DNA of 64,000 nt from Verrucomicrobiota bacterium (GCA_038214755.1 JBBQRQ010000009.1:1-64000), one strand, 5' to 3'. Counted from the stretch's first letter, positions 38,487-49,033 are shown. Made by a program: numbers and translations. Notes: generated by a model from the sequence alone, not told the origin.

Positions 38487-40592
38487 ATGAAAAGAATTAT
38501 CGTCCTTTCTCTATTAACCCTCACCACCTTCATCGGTGTCGCCCGTGCGGCCACCGTGACAGTATTAATCGCTGACGATGGAGTCAATCTGATCGGGGCA
38601 CCGGGCAGCTTTTATTGGGCTATCACGAATGCCGGCCCCGGAGATACCATCGCCTTTAATATCCCAGGTCCGGGACCGCATTATCTCAAAGTTCCGCCCA
38701 ACGGTTTCCCGCTTGTTTACCAAAAAAACAATTTGCTCATTGACGGCTATTCGCAGCCGGGGTCTTCGCGCAACACCAACGCGATAACTTCTTCCAACAA
38801 CGCCGTGATTAAAATCGTGATTGACGGGCGCAATGGCAATTCGCGCGACATGGCCTATGAGGCTTATGATGGAACCCTGGCCACCAGTGTTCCGGCCATC
38901 GACAACACAAGTATGGCTTTGGAAAGAAGCGGTTATGGCCATGATGAGTTAGCTCTCTTGGGAATTTATCGCTCGAGTGGTGTTACTGTCAGGGGCATTG
39001 CTTTTCTGGGGACGCTCACTCCTGTGAATTCTGGCGTGGTCAAGGGCATCTGTCTTGCGCATGACTACGGATTAGTCACCAACGTTCTTGATCGATTCTC
39101 CTATACGGCTGGGAGCGACGCCAATTTCCATGCCAACGGTTGTTGGTTTGGAGTAGATCCGGCTAACCCGACGATCGCGGGAGTCGCTCAATCCGGCTTC
39201 GCGATTTCTGCATACCGTCATCGCGCCGCCAGTGGAGATCCCCGTCCGGAGCTTCCCAACATTGGATTGACGGTCGGCGCAAAAGCAGCGTCCACCAATG
39301 CGCGGGCTGAGTTCAATGTATTTGTCGGGCTTGCCTACGCTTTTGATTGCGAAGGCATTCGCGGACGGGTGTCGGGAAACTTTTTTGGTGTGATGCCCGA
39401 TGGTGTGACTCCCTACAACACCACCGAGTTGCAACCGGCGGCATTTGCCGGGGGCCAGTTCGAGTTCGGGCGCTATGACGACACGGTGGCAATCGTTATT
39501 GGAACAGACGGTGACAGTTTCAATGACGCCGACGAAGGCAACATTTTTGGGCCCCTGGCTCCCATTAGCGGAAGCATGCAGTCACAGTTTGACTTTTTTA
39601 ACAGCGGCAGAAAGCCGTGGATCATTGCGGGTAATCGGTTTGGCATTGCGGGGAACGGCACCATCTGGACGAACAACGCCTTCTACATTGGCAGCTTCCG
39701 GCTCGATCAAGGATCCCAGGTTCGCTTTGGTTCCGATTTTAACGGCGTGAGCGACGCATTGGAGGCCAACGTGGTTTATAACAATAACACGTTCACAAAC
39801 CTGTATCCCGATCCCACGATGGGCATCGCCCGCTCTTTGTTCGCGGTCCTGAATAACACTGCGGCGACAGATGGGTGGCTCAGTGTGCGCGGAAACAAGT
39901 TCGTGAACAACTTTCCGCTCTATAACCCCGACGAAGATGCCACAAGGTACTTTAATAGCTGGAGCAATTATACCGCCGGCGCTACTCAGACCGTACCCAC
40001 CTTGTTGACCAATAGCACAAGGACGAACCTGATTGGCACTTGCGGCCTTCCGACAAATAACTACACGAATCTGGTGATTGACGTGTATCTCCCTGATCCG
40101 GAGGGACAGGTTAATGGCGCCCTGATGGATTACCCATTCTTCGGCGGCACGAACGGCCCCGGCTTCGTCCAGGGCAAGACCTACTTGGGAAATTTCCTCG
40201 ACAACGGACCGCAGGATTCCAATCCCGCCGTCGGTGCGTTCTCGCTGAATATCAGCAGCCTCGGTCTTACCAACGGCACCAAAGTGACAGTGGCCGTGAC
40301 TTACAGCCGGTTTGCTCATCCAAAGCTGGCCGCTCCAATTGTAGGCGGTGGCACCGTGACACTTTCATGGACAGGCGATAACGGCGGGCCATTTAACGTG
40401 GCGGGCGCAGGAGGCCCGAGTTCTGGATTTGGTGTTCAAAGCGCAACCAGCATAACCGGGCCGTGGACTACGAAGTTCGTTCCAGGGAACTTGACGTTCT
40501 ACTCCGCCGGTTCACCAGCCGCGTTCTATCGGGTGGTGGCGCCGCTCTCCGGGATGACGACGCTCTGCGCTGCGCCTGTGGTTCTCCAGTAA
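38487..40592 (+). CDS. Secreted beta-helix-like surface protein of unknown function
   Basis: Signal peptide; GSFYWAI..DTIAFNIPG..IDGYSQPG; GN.FG repeats; FYR domain near the C-terminus. Confidence 0.65.
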   Translation: MKRIIVLSLLTLTTFIGVARAATVTVLIADDGVNLIGAPGSFYWAITNAGPGDTIAFNIPGPGPHYLKVPPNGFPLVYQKNNLLIDGYSQPGSSRNTNAITSSNNAVIKIVIDGRNGNSRDMAYEAYDGTLATSVPAIDNTSMALERSGYGHDELALLGIYRSSGVTVRGIAFLGTLTPVNSGVVKGICLAHDYGLVTNVLDRFSYTAGSDANFHANGCWFGVDPANPTIAGVAQSGFAISAYRHRAASGDPRPELPNIGLTVGAKAASTNARAEFNVFVGLAYAFDCEGIRGRVSGNFFGVMPDGVTPYNTTELQPAAFAGGQFEFGRYDDTVAIVIGTDGDSFNDADEGNIFGPLAPISGSMQSQFDFFNSGRKPWIIAGNRFGIAGNGTIWTNNAFYIGSFRLDQGSQVRFGSDFNGVSDALEANVVYNNNTFTNLYPDPTMGIARSLFAVLNNTAATDGWLSVRGNKFVNNFPLYNPDEDATRYFNSWSNYTAGATQTVPTLLTNSTRTNLIGTCGLPTNNYTNLVIDVYLPDPEGQVNGALMDYPFFGGTNGPGFVQGKTYLGNFLDNGPQDSNPAVGAFSLNISSLGLTNGTKVTVAVTYSRFAHPKLAAPIVGGGTVTLSWTGDNGGPFNVAGAGGPSSGFGVQSATSITGPWTTKFVPGNLTFYSAGSPAAFYRVVAPLSGMTTLCAAPVVLQ

Positions 40593-40613
40593 GGGGAAAT
40601 TCTGAATCGCAAC

Positions 40614-40649
40614 AGGCAGGGCCCGCCGCAAGGCGGCCTTGCCTTTTTT
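40614..40649 (+). terminator. Intrinsic terminator-like hairpin
   Basis: aggcagggcccgcc-gcaa-ggcggccttgcct followed by a T run. Confidence 0.65.
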
Positions 40650-40691
40650 AGCGGTGCATTTATTTTAGCGCGAGCTAAAAAACTCTACGCC

Positions 40692-41450
40692 ATGAAAACA
40701 CGAGAGCGGAAAAGATCAGGTTTTACCTTGATCGAGTTATTGGTCGTCATCGCAATTATCGCGATCCTCGCAGGGTTGCTCTTGCCCGCCTTGGCTAAAG
40801 CCAAAGACAAGGCGCAGAAAACAAAGTGCCTCAGCAATATCAAACAACTTCAGCTTTGTTGGATCATGTATGCCGACGACAATCTCGACTTTATCCCGCC
40901 GAACAATGTAAACGGTTACTTTGGTGGGCCGCCCGGCACCGAGGCGTGGATTTACGGCAACGTGCAAACCGACATCGATACCAAGAATATCCGAGAGGGA
41001 GTCCTCTTTAGATACAACACCTCTACTGCGATCTACGTATGCCCCACCGACCCTTGGGTGATACGCCGCAACGGGAATGTTTACCCCACGACGAGAAGTT
41101 TTTCCATGGTCAGTGCTATGGGCGGGACAGGTATAAAGGTGTTAGCTATCCGGGATCCCAAACCGTCCAAGGCTCTAGTGTTTGTGGAGGAACAGGAGAA
41201 CCTCGTTGGAACTCCGAGCAATTTTATTAACGATGGAAACATTGGATTGCGCGAGTATCCGTCAACTGATTGGGGCGATTTGCCCGCGCAACGTCACACC
41301 GGAGCGACCGTTTCCATGGTGGATGGTCACGCGGAATTTTTGAAATGGAGATCTAAAATTCTTTTACAACGTGGACGCCCAGCAACCGCCGCCGAGAAAC
41401 CCGACCTGCTAAAACTACAACGGGGTCTTCCGGGTTTCCCGAATCAATAG
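40692..41450 (+). CDS. Prepilin-type N-terminal cleavage/methylation protein, H-X9-DG family
   Basis: [46 protein letters not shown]. Confidence 0.9.
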   Translation: MKTRERKRSGFTLIELLVVIAIIAILAGLLLPALAKAKDKAQKTKCLSNIKQLQLCWIMYADDNLDFIPPNNVNGYFGGPPGTEAWIYGNVQTDIDTKNIREGVLFRYNTSTAIYVCPTDPWVIRRNGNVYPTTRSFSMVSAMGGTGIKVLAIRDPKPSKALVFVEEQENLVGTPSNFINDGNIGLREYPSTDWGDLPAQRHTGATVSMVDGHAEFLKWRSKILLQRGRPATAAEKPDLLKLQRGLPGFPNQ

Positions 41451-41589
41451 TTCACCAGTGATCAGGTCGGCGTGATGACCCTTCGTGGCGCGGGCGTCAT
41501 CACTCTGCGATTTAGTATTCCAAAAAGAATTCCCGCGATCTGGTTCGCGGAACTGGGGTAGTATCCGTAAGGTGGTGGCGGCTTCTCAC

Positions 41590-44500
41590 TCAAGGTGATC
41601 CTCTGGCTCGGTAAAAACGTTGGTCGAGTCGCGGGATGGGATCAACGAAGTCGATAGTCCCGCCGCGACTGGAAAGGTTGGTCAAGGTTTGCCAATCGAA
41701 TAAATTGGTGGACACTTCGATGGAGTAGGGGAGGTCGCTCTCGCCGCTCAACGTGAAATGAAACCGGCCATCGGATAAAACGGAAATGGAACTTAACCGC
41801 GTCAAGGGCAGGATGGTTAAGGCTGCTATGTCGCTGATGATTGAACCTGCCGGATTCGAGATAACTACAGTGTAACCTCCGATATCAGCCGTTTGAACAT
41901 TGGTTCGTGCATAGGAGCTATTAGTCGCTCCTGCGATATTGGCCTCGTTGAACTGCCATTGGTAAGTCAACTGTCCACTGCCCGCCGCTAGCACAGTGAA
42001 GGTAGCATTGGAACTGGCTCTGACGTTTTGAAGCTGCGGTTGGCTATAAATGATCGGAGCGGTGCTATAGCTGAAACGCATCGCATCGGCCACGACAAGC
42101 TTGTTGATCTCCCCTGTGTTATTTTCTATTTCGACATAGCCGTTGGTCCCCCCGGCGAATTCTCGCGTCGTTAACAAACGCCAACCCCCACCTCCGGTAG
42201 TCTGGTTGATATGAGTCACGAGACTATCACCATTGAATACGATCAAAAGACGGGTGTTAGAGCTACGATTAGTGCCTTGAGGGTACGAGATGGAAATGTC
42301 ATACATCCCGGCCAGCGGAATTGCCGGGGTATAAGTCGAGGAAGCGGTTGCACTTCCAATAACGGTGGAGGCGTACTGATAATAGCTCCCATATTTATCC
42401 GGCGCAGCGGTCGCTGTAGTCCAGACCCCATCGAACCGGGCGTCTGGGTTATCCAAGATGATATCTGCGACGCTGATGAAATTGGCGAAAAGGGTTTTAC
42501 TTCGCGTCATAGTAACATCAATCTGATTGCTGGTAGTCACTACGTCGCCAGACCATCCTACAAAAGAAAAGCCCGCCGATGCCGTAGCGTTTAATGAGAC
42601 CATACTACCAGCGTCGTAGCCGGATTGGTCGGGAGTCACCGTGATAGTTCCTCCGGTCGGTGGATTGACATAAGAGCGGAGATAGAGGTTGACTACGAGG
42701 AGTGCCGCGTCGCTGGAAACGGACCCTATCGGATTACTCAACACGACCGAATGCTCTCCCGCATCGTTCGTGGTGACATTGGTCAACGTATAAGTGCTAT
42801 TGGTGGCATCCGATATGTCCGCACCTCGGAACCGCCACTGATAGGTTATAGGTGTGCTGCTGCTCGCGGTAACAGTGAAGGTTACGGACTGACTTTCCAC
42901 CACCGTTTGACCGATAGGTTGTTGAGTAATGGAAGGAGGCGCAGGTGTGCCGGTCACCAGGATTAACCTCGGACCAGTGTTTGCATTTGCTTCCCCGGAA
43001 ACAATGCTAAGACTATCCGCGTCTTGGGTGTCTCCTTGAAATCGAACTTCGCGCGCCAATAAAAAAGAAACATCGCTACCCGGATGTTCACGAAGGAACC
43101 TCGTCACATCAATCATCCTGTCTTGCGAAGTAGCATCGGCCACAAATTGCCCGACGATCTGCGCGCCGGTCCCTTGTTCCGAAATAAAATTGTTCGTATA
43201 GTTGGTGCCCGGCGGGATGTTCTGTTTTAAGTTCGGCGCGTTACTCCAGGTAAGGCTATTCTGTGACCAGTTGTTATTCGTGATGCCATAAACGTGTGCT
43301 TGCACCAGGTTACTTCCATTGATCGATGATGCGCGGATAGTCAGCAGCGCGAACTGCAGGTCGGCTAAGTTAAAGGTGGGCAAATGAAATTTAAGAAAGG
43401 TCGCGCTACGACTGCTGGCATTGGTGGAATTATTCCTCACGAGGCAAACCGGATTAGTCGCGAAGTTCAAAGTTCGGTTCGCGCCGTCGTGAACCATCGC
43501 GTCATCGGTAGCGAGCAAAGTTCGCAACGGTTGTTGCGGTTGGGTAGGAATGGTGAAAAGCCAAACCGTATTTGATGCGTGAATGCCGGCGTTAATCTGG
43601 TTGTTAGCTACCGTGAGGAGCGCCCTTGCGCCGCCATAAATATTTTCGCTGACCTCTTCCAGCAAGACCCGCTGACCCGTTCGCAAACCCCAGGAGGTTG
43701 TATCCAACGTTACGTCCACATTGGACGAGGAATTGTTGGCCGAAAAAACTTGATAGCGTTTCGTCGCAGGATCAAAGGTCGAAACTAGATCCAATCCCGT
43801 CGCTCCAGTTCCTTTCGTTACATCCACACGATCGCGACCCGGTGCAGTGACTTTGTTAAATAAACGGTAAACCTCTCCTGCCTTGGTGATACCTCCTATA
43901 TTGTAAGGCGCGTTGAAATTATCCACAAAGTGCATCCCATTCTTTTTAACTGGAGTGGAAGTCTGGCTGAATTTGAAACAATAAAGTTCGTTGACAAAAT
44001 TGTTCACCAGGTTTGCGACAATGGAGCCGAAGCGCGCGTACTTCGATGGGGTATCCAATGTTTCGATCAAGGTATCGAAGACGCCCGCAGTATGAACATT
44101 AAACTCTGATAGACTCGAAGGATAGCGTGGTTCCGGTGACATATCGGCAGTCAGAGACGCGTGCAACCCTGCCACTCGACTACCAAAGGTGGACGGCACG
44201 GAATTGTATTCGTGATAATCGTATTGGCCGATGAGTGAAAAATTCGTATCGACCTGACCCAGAAAATCCTTGTGACGATTGGTTACGATGAGACGACCCC
44301 AGGTCGCATAGGTTGTCGAAACAGCGCCTGCCGTAACCGGAGCCAGCATTCGCGCCTTCAATGACTTGCCATAGAGTTGATTCACGTCGGCCAATGCGGA
44401 TTGAACAGCATCAGAGGCGAGTTGAAGACGCATCAGGTAATCGGCTTGCGGCAAAGTGCCACCGAGGTCGGGTTCGTTATACATCTGGAAACGCTCCACG

Positions 44501-45072
44501 TCGTATTCGCGTCCCAGGTAAAACGCTTCAAAATAAAAATGCTGCCATAACTCCCACTTGCCCGCCCAGTCATTGGTATCGATAATGTCGAACTGGCCGG
44601 GACTGGCGGTGATGTTGATCAGGATTTGCACACCCAGCCCGCGCAGCTTGGTGCAAGCATGATCCACGTTCAACAGGTTCGACCCATGCAGGGCGGTGAC
44701 TCCAAATTGCGGGATAAGGTAAGGCCAGTTGATGTAATTCGTGTCGAGTGGATTGATGCGCAGCGCCGCTTTGCGACTGACAAAGCTGGCTTGGTTAGTC
44801 ACACCATCGCCCCGGGCAGGCAAATCGTCGTTGGGTTCAATCACACTCGCCGTAAGGAACACACGCGCGCCGCCAACTCCCGCATAGTGCCACCAATCCT
44901 CCGTGTTGCTGAGTGGAGCAAAATGGCCTGAATTGTAGGCGATCAATTCGGGTGTGGCACCCAGCTTGTTAATGCTGACGGTCAGAGTTGCCGCGGGCAA
45001 AGTGGTCGTGAAAAATAAAAACGCCCAAAATAAGACGACGATTCGCCGAGGTAGATAGAATATGGAATGCAT
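41590..45072 (-). CDS. Secreted clan-A glycoside-hydrolase-like protein with DNRLRE-like, Ig, InlB-B-repeat-like and golvesin-like domains
   Basis: MYNEPD and LSEFN catalytic-type motifs; TDDAMV..SATFLKF; GFSFVGWSGD; VVADAMRF; ends RFYRARGSP. Confidence 0.7.
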   Translation of the reverse strand: MHSIFYLPRRIVVLFWAFLFFTTTLPAATLTVSINKLGATPELIAYNSGHFAPLSNTEDWWHYAGVGGARVFLTASVIEPNDDLPARGDGVTNQASFVSRKAALRINPLDTNYINWPYLIPQFGVTALHGSNLLNVDHACTKLRGLGVQILINITASPGQFDIIDTNDWAGKWELWQHFYFEAFYLGREYDVERFQMYNEPDLGGTLPQADYLMRLQLASDAVQSALADVNQLYGKSLKARMLAPVTAGAVSTTYATWGRLIVTNRHKDFLGQVDTNFSLIGQYDYHEYNSVPSTFGSRVAGLHASLTADMSPEPRYPSSLSEFNVHTAGVFDTLIETLDTPSKYARFGSIVANLVNNFVNELYCFKFSQTSTPVKKNGMHFVDNFNAPYNIGGITKAGEVYRLFNKVTAPGRDRVDVTKGTGATGLDLVSTFDPATKRYQVFSANNSSSNVDVTLDTTSWGLRTGQRVLLEEVSENIYGGARALLTVANNQINAGIHASNTVWLFTIPTQPQQPLRTLLATDDAMVHDGANRTLNFATNPVCLVRNNSTNASSRSATFLKFHLPTFNLADLQFALLTIRASSINGSNLVQAHVYGITNNNWSQNSLTWSNAPNLKQNIPPGTNYTNNFISEQGTGAQIVGQFVADATSQDRMIDVTRFLREHPGSDVSFLLAREVRFQGDTQDADSLSIVSGEANANTGPRLILVTGTPAPPSITQQPIGQTVVESQSVTFTVTASSSTPITYQWRFRGADISDATNSTYTLTNVTTNDAGEHSVVLSNPIGSVSSDAALLVVNLYLRSYVNPPTGGTITVTPDQSGYDAGSMVSLNATASAGFSFVGWSGDVVTTSNQIDVTMTRSKTLFANFISVADIILDNPDARFDGVWTTATAAPDKYGSYYQYASTVIGSATASSTYTPAIPLAGMYDISISYPQGTNRSSNTRLLIVFNGDSLVTHINQTTGGGGWRLLTTREFAGGTNGYVEIENNTGEINKLVVADAMRFSYSTAPIIYSQPQLQNVRASSNATFTVLAAGSGQLTYQWQFNEANIAGATNSSYARTNVQTADIGGYTVVISNPAGSIISDIAALTILPLTRLSSISVLSDGRFHFTLSGESDLPYSIEVSTNLFDWQTLTNLSSRGGTIDFVDPIPRLDQRFYRARGSP

Positions 45073-45271
45073 TTTGGTTGACTGTGCCAGCGACCCGGAC
45101 GAACGACAAATTTATTTTCTGGAAGGGACAAGGGGGCATTTTCGCTCCCGGCGCGGCGCAGGCGGCTCGGTAACAAAAAACCGCAGTTGCGAAGATTAAG
45201 GCGCTTCCAATGCCGATGTGAGGTAAGAAAACTACAGTTAACGAATAAAAGCAGGATAGCGTATCGCCCCA

Positions 45272-48200
45272 TTACGGACGCTCAAAGCGAATGCGGTAAA
45301 ACCGCATGCCATTTGTACTCAGCGAGTCTGTATAGGATGACGAAATGCTCGTAGGCGGTTGATTGGTCCAGACATTCAGCCACACTTGATTCGTTGGGTT
45401 AAGCGTCAAACTGGTTTGTAGAGTTTGCCTCGCTTGCGTGCCCGCTTGCCAATCAATGCGAATGCCATTGGGAACTCTCTGCGCCCCGCTGATTCTGGGG
45501 TAAGAATTCGGATCAGTTGGATTCGTGTCCGCGATGTACTCGACAAAATTGCTCACGCCATCGTGGTCGAAATCACCATTGGTAGTTTGTGACAAGTTGC
45601 CGAAATACTGGAGTTCCCACCAGTCAGGGATGCCATTTGAGTTGGAGTCCTGATTCATGTTGATCTGAAATGGAGTGGAGGGTGACCAATCCCCCAGCAG
45701 ACTGAAATCCTGGGCGCGGGCACGGAGCAACACATTCGTGACTACGTTTCCGCCGAGGTCGCCCATTACATTCCAAGTCAACGAATGATTTACACCTGTT
45801 GGCAAAGTAGCGACACGGTTGCTGGAACTATACGGTGCGCCATCTAAAGCCGTGAGCGTGGCGTTCTGCCAATTGGTCGCGCCGGAGAATTGGTATTGCA
45901 GGTAGGGTGTTGAAGCGTTGCCTTCGGCGTCCCAGAGACGAACCCTCAGGGCGGCCAGACTGCCCAGGATATTTGTCTGAGGTAACACGGCGGCGGCCGG
46001 TGGCGTTTGAACGATGCCTGCCGTTTGCGGCAGCACGGATTGCGGCGGCCACAGAATCACGTCGCATCGGGTTTGATTTATAGGATCAACACGCAGGCCG
46101 ATCAAACCTTCGCCTGACCCCAACCTTTTCACACCCGCCAGCGCGTGCCAGGCCTTGCCCCCGTTCTGCGCGCTGAACAATTGCCGCTGCAACGGATTAG
46201 TACCCGTCGCCGTCCAGGCGAACACCTGACCGTCCGGCTCGCCGGTGAAAAAGACCTCGTTGCTGGCGTTGAGGAAATTCACCGAATCCAGGCCGTAACT
46301 CTGCGCCAATGTCAACGCGGCGATGGGCTGACGGGAAAGCGTCAACAAACTCGCGTTCGTTCCGCCCACCAGATATTCAGCCGTGACAAAGTCGTCGCCG
46401 AAATCAATCAAGCCGTTGGCGTTCTTGTCGTCGGTAAACGTGTAGAAAATGGAACTGCCGTTGGTGGCGCGCAGAAAACCTGAGGTGAGTGAACTACCAC
46501 GCCAGTTGAACGTGTGTGCAGTCGACGGTTCTGAGAGCGAGCGCACCGGAACCTCGATAATTCCAGGAAATATATTCAAAGGTACTTGGTAGTCGCGCCA
46601 CTGTCCGTTCGCTTCAATGGCCGTATAAAACTCAAAGTTCTGTGGTTCGCCAGCGGCCCAGTTGGTGAAAGTAGAAGGTGAGCCGCTTATCCAGATGTAC
46701 GGGTCAGCAAGCGTCTTCCTGTAAAAACCGATCCACGCTTGCACACCAAAATTGGTCGTGAGCCAGTTGTTTTCGGCCAAACTGTCTATTGTAACCAAGT
46801 TGCCTCCGAACTGCTGGGCATACGATTGAGCGGTTATCCAATCGGATTGCGTTGGCGTTAGAAAATAGGCCGACCCAGACCCGGCCCAGTATGTTGCATT
46901 CGCCGGAAGGGGTGGCGCAAAGGTGAGTTCGACTCCGCCAGAATCGAGTAGTCGAAAGCCCGTCCGATTTGCCATCAGGTCGGCAACAGTGCCAAGTCCG
47001 CGATGGGCGACGTTTGCCAATAGCGGACGAACGATCCAATTAGTCGAAAAGTTTGCGGCTGATAATGAGCCGTCCGGTGAATTGGATGTGGCGAGGCTGA
47101 TAAGTATATCGGAACCACGCACGCCCAGTACGAACGCTGCTTGGTTCGTGGAAAGTGCCACCATATTCGATTGCCAAAATCCACCGTTGCTCGTGAACTC
47201 CATCACGCGCCCGCTACCGTTCGTCGTTCCACGCAGGCCAACGTAGATTGCAGCGCTTGGCCGGTTCGTCACTTGTCCGACGGCAATGGAGGTGATACCG
47301 AACGAACCTACGTCCACTCGTTGTGTTGACCAGCCGCTCGAAGTTTCTGTTAGAACCAGTAGAAAGTTCGTGTTCGTTCCCGGATTGCCATCCGCGCCGA
47401 TGACAATCTCCTCAGCACCAATTCCGTCCAGTTGGCCGACGCCGACAACGAAGTTGCTGGGTGTGAATGGCAGAACGAGCGAGGCGATGTTTATGCCGGG
47501 ATTGCCGAGAAGATTGGGAGTGGACAGCGCATTGGTCGGGCTGCTGCCGGCTTTCCATTCCTGATAATCCGTCCAGCCATCACCGTCGCTGTCAAAGTAG
47601 GGACTGGTGTTGTTGGTCAGACCGTTGAGAAAGCGCCAGAGCACCGGAAGCCCGTTCGTCTCAGCGGCGCGGGAGAGGACGGTGTAACGCGCGGGATTTC
47701 CGTCGCCATCGTATTGGTAGGCAAGGGATATGCCGCGCGAAGATTCTTCGCCGACAAGTCGGTCGGTGCGGTCGTAGAAAAAACGGTTGGTTTTCTGGCC
47801 GCCGGTGAAGATTTCGTAGTCGGAAAGACCCAGTCCTCTCGAATAACCGTTGCGAGGATTGAACGGGGTGTTGGTGTTGGCAAGGCTGTATTGATATTCC
47901 TGCGAATTGGAGAGACCGTCAAAATCTGCGTCGTCGTTTGCGTCATTGATTCGCGGATTCAAACCGTTCTGCACCTCCCAGCCGTCCGGCATCCCGTCGC
48001 CGTCGGTGTCCTTCTCCAGCGGGTTCGTCCCGAAGACGAACAACTCGTCGTAATCGGAGAGACCGTCGCCGTCGGTGTCCGCATGGTCGATTCTTGTCCC
48101 AATTCGAAATTCGGTTATGTTGTCCACTCCATCTCCATCTTCGTCACCATTTGCAGACACAACTTGAAGATAAACTGGCGCACTCGTAACGGATCCAAAA

Positions 48201-49033
48201 CTATTCGTGGCGTATAATGAATAGAATCCAGAGTTCCCCGCTCCAACATTGGTCAAAATCAAGGCGCTGTTGGTCGCCCCATTAATGTTTGTATTATTAT
48301 ACCGCCATTGCAGTTGGATCGGCAGTAAACCACCTACAGCAAACTGGAGAGTGAATGTTTCGCCCGCTGGAATAAAATTCGACAAAGCCGGGGGGATTGT
48401 GATGGTCGGAGCAGAGGGGAAAACATGAACAGAGACGTTATCCAAACCCCAACTCTCGTCCTCAATTTGCTGTAAATTTTCGCCATAAAATTCAATTGCA
48501 ACAGAGTTGCTGCTGTGGTCGGCTTCAAACAAGAACCGATATATAAAATCCCCTCCGTATAGCGTATTTGTTAGCAACGCCCCTGTCCCTGTTGGATAAT
48601 CTCCCCCCGGATATGCACCAGGGTAGGCCTGTCGCTTTTGTCCGCCCGAGTAGGCAAACGTAGTCCGTAGAAAATTTGTGCCTCCTTGAACTCTACAACC
48701 CCAAATATCAGGGCCGTATTGCGTGTCGTTACCATCCCATGAACCCAAGATGTAGAGGTCAAATGAGAGGCGAATCCGCTGGTGAGGCAGCAGATTCGTC
48801 AAAGTTAGCCGCACTGTCTGAAGGCCAAGTGGGCCAAGAAATTTCTCTCCAAAGGTAGGACTCGTTATATTTGTAACAGACCATTCCGAACCAGCGTTCG
48901 AGGAAAACCCGTTGGTATAAATAAGCTGGGGAGATGCGGAGCACCGAGCCAATCCAGTCTCCATAATTACGAGCAATAGCGCCGGAATCAGGGCGAGGCT
49001 TCGTTTGGTTTTTGTGGCGCTTGCCGTTTTCAT
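45272..49033 (-). CDS. Secreted modular Rhs-partner protein: jelly-roll, Ig, DxDxDG repeats, lone YD hairpin, FG-GAP-like blades, C-type lectin, FYR domain
   Basis: ESWGLDNV; DTDGDG repeats; FFYDRTDRL..YQYDGDGN; GGNLVTI..WIG..NWAAGEP..W; ends RFYRIRFERP; ATG at 49033 precedes a signal peptide. Confidence 0.75.
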   Translation of the reverse strand: MKTASATKTKRSLALIPALLLVIMETGLARCSASPQLIYTNGFSSNAGSEWSVTNITSPTFGEKFLGPLGLQTVRLTLTNLLPHQRIRLSFDLYILGSWDGNDTQYGPDIWGCRVQGGTNFLRTTFAYSGGQKRQAYPGAYPGGDYPTGTGALLTNTLYGGDFIYRFLFEADHSSNSVAIEFYGENLQQIEDESWGLDNVSVHVFPSAPTITIPPALSNFIPAGETFTLQFAVGGLLPIQLQWRYNNTNINGATNSALILTNVGAGNSGFYSLYATNSFGSVTSAPVYLQVVSANGDEDGDGVDNITEFRIGTRIDHADTDGDGLSDYDELFVFGTNPLEKDTDGDGMPDGWEVQNGLNPRINDANDDADFDGLSNSQEYQYSLANTNTPFNPRNGYSRGLGLSDYEIFTGGQKTNRFFYDRTDRLVGEESSRGISLAYQYDGDGNPARYTVLSRAAETNGLPVLWRFLNGLTNNTSPYFDSDGDGWTDYQEWKAGSSPTNALSTPNLLGNPGINIASLVLPFTPSNFVVGVGQLDGIGAEEIVIGADGNPGTNTNFLLVLTETSSGWSTQRVDVGSFGITSIAVGQVTNRPSAAIYVGLRGTTNGSGRVMEFTSNGGFWQSNMVALSTNQAAFVLGVRGSDILISLATSNSPDGSLSAANFSTNWIVRPLLANVAHRGLGTVADLMANRTGFRLLDSGGVELTFAPPLPANATYWAGSGSAYFLTPTQSDWITAQSYAQQFGGNLVTIDSLAENNWLTTNFGVQAWIGFYRKTLADPYIWISGSPSTFTNWAAGEPQNFEFYTAIEANGQWRDYQVPLNIFPGIIEVPVRSLSEPSTAHTFNWRGSSLTSGFLRATNGSSIFYTFTDDKNANGLIDFGDDFVTAEYLVGGTNASLLTLSRQPIAALTLAQSYGLDSVNFLNASNEVFFTGEPDGQVFAWTATGTNPLQRQLFSAQNGGKAWHALAGVKRLGSGEGLIGLRVDPINQTRCDVILWPPQSVLPQTAGIVQTPPAAAVLPQTNILGSLAALRVRLWDAEGNASTPYLQYQFSGATNWQNATLTALDGAPYSSSNRVATLPTGVNHSLTWNVMGDLGGNVVTNVLLRARAQDFSLLGDWSPSTPFQINMNQDSNSNGIPDWWELQYFGNLSQTTNGDFDHDGVSNFVEYIADTNPTDPNSYPRISGAQRVPNGIRIDWQAGTQARQTLQTSLTLNPTNQVWLNVWTNQPPTSISSSYTDSLSTNGMRFYRIRFERP

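Noticed and set aside
46550..46900. C-type lectin as a DGR target
   Set aside because: No second copy of the region and no reverse transcriptase in the window
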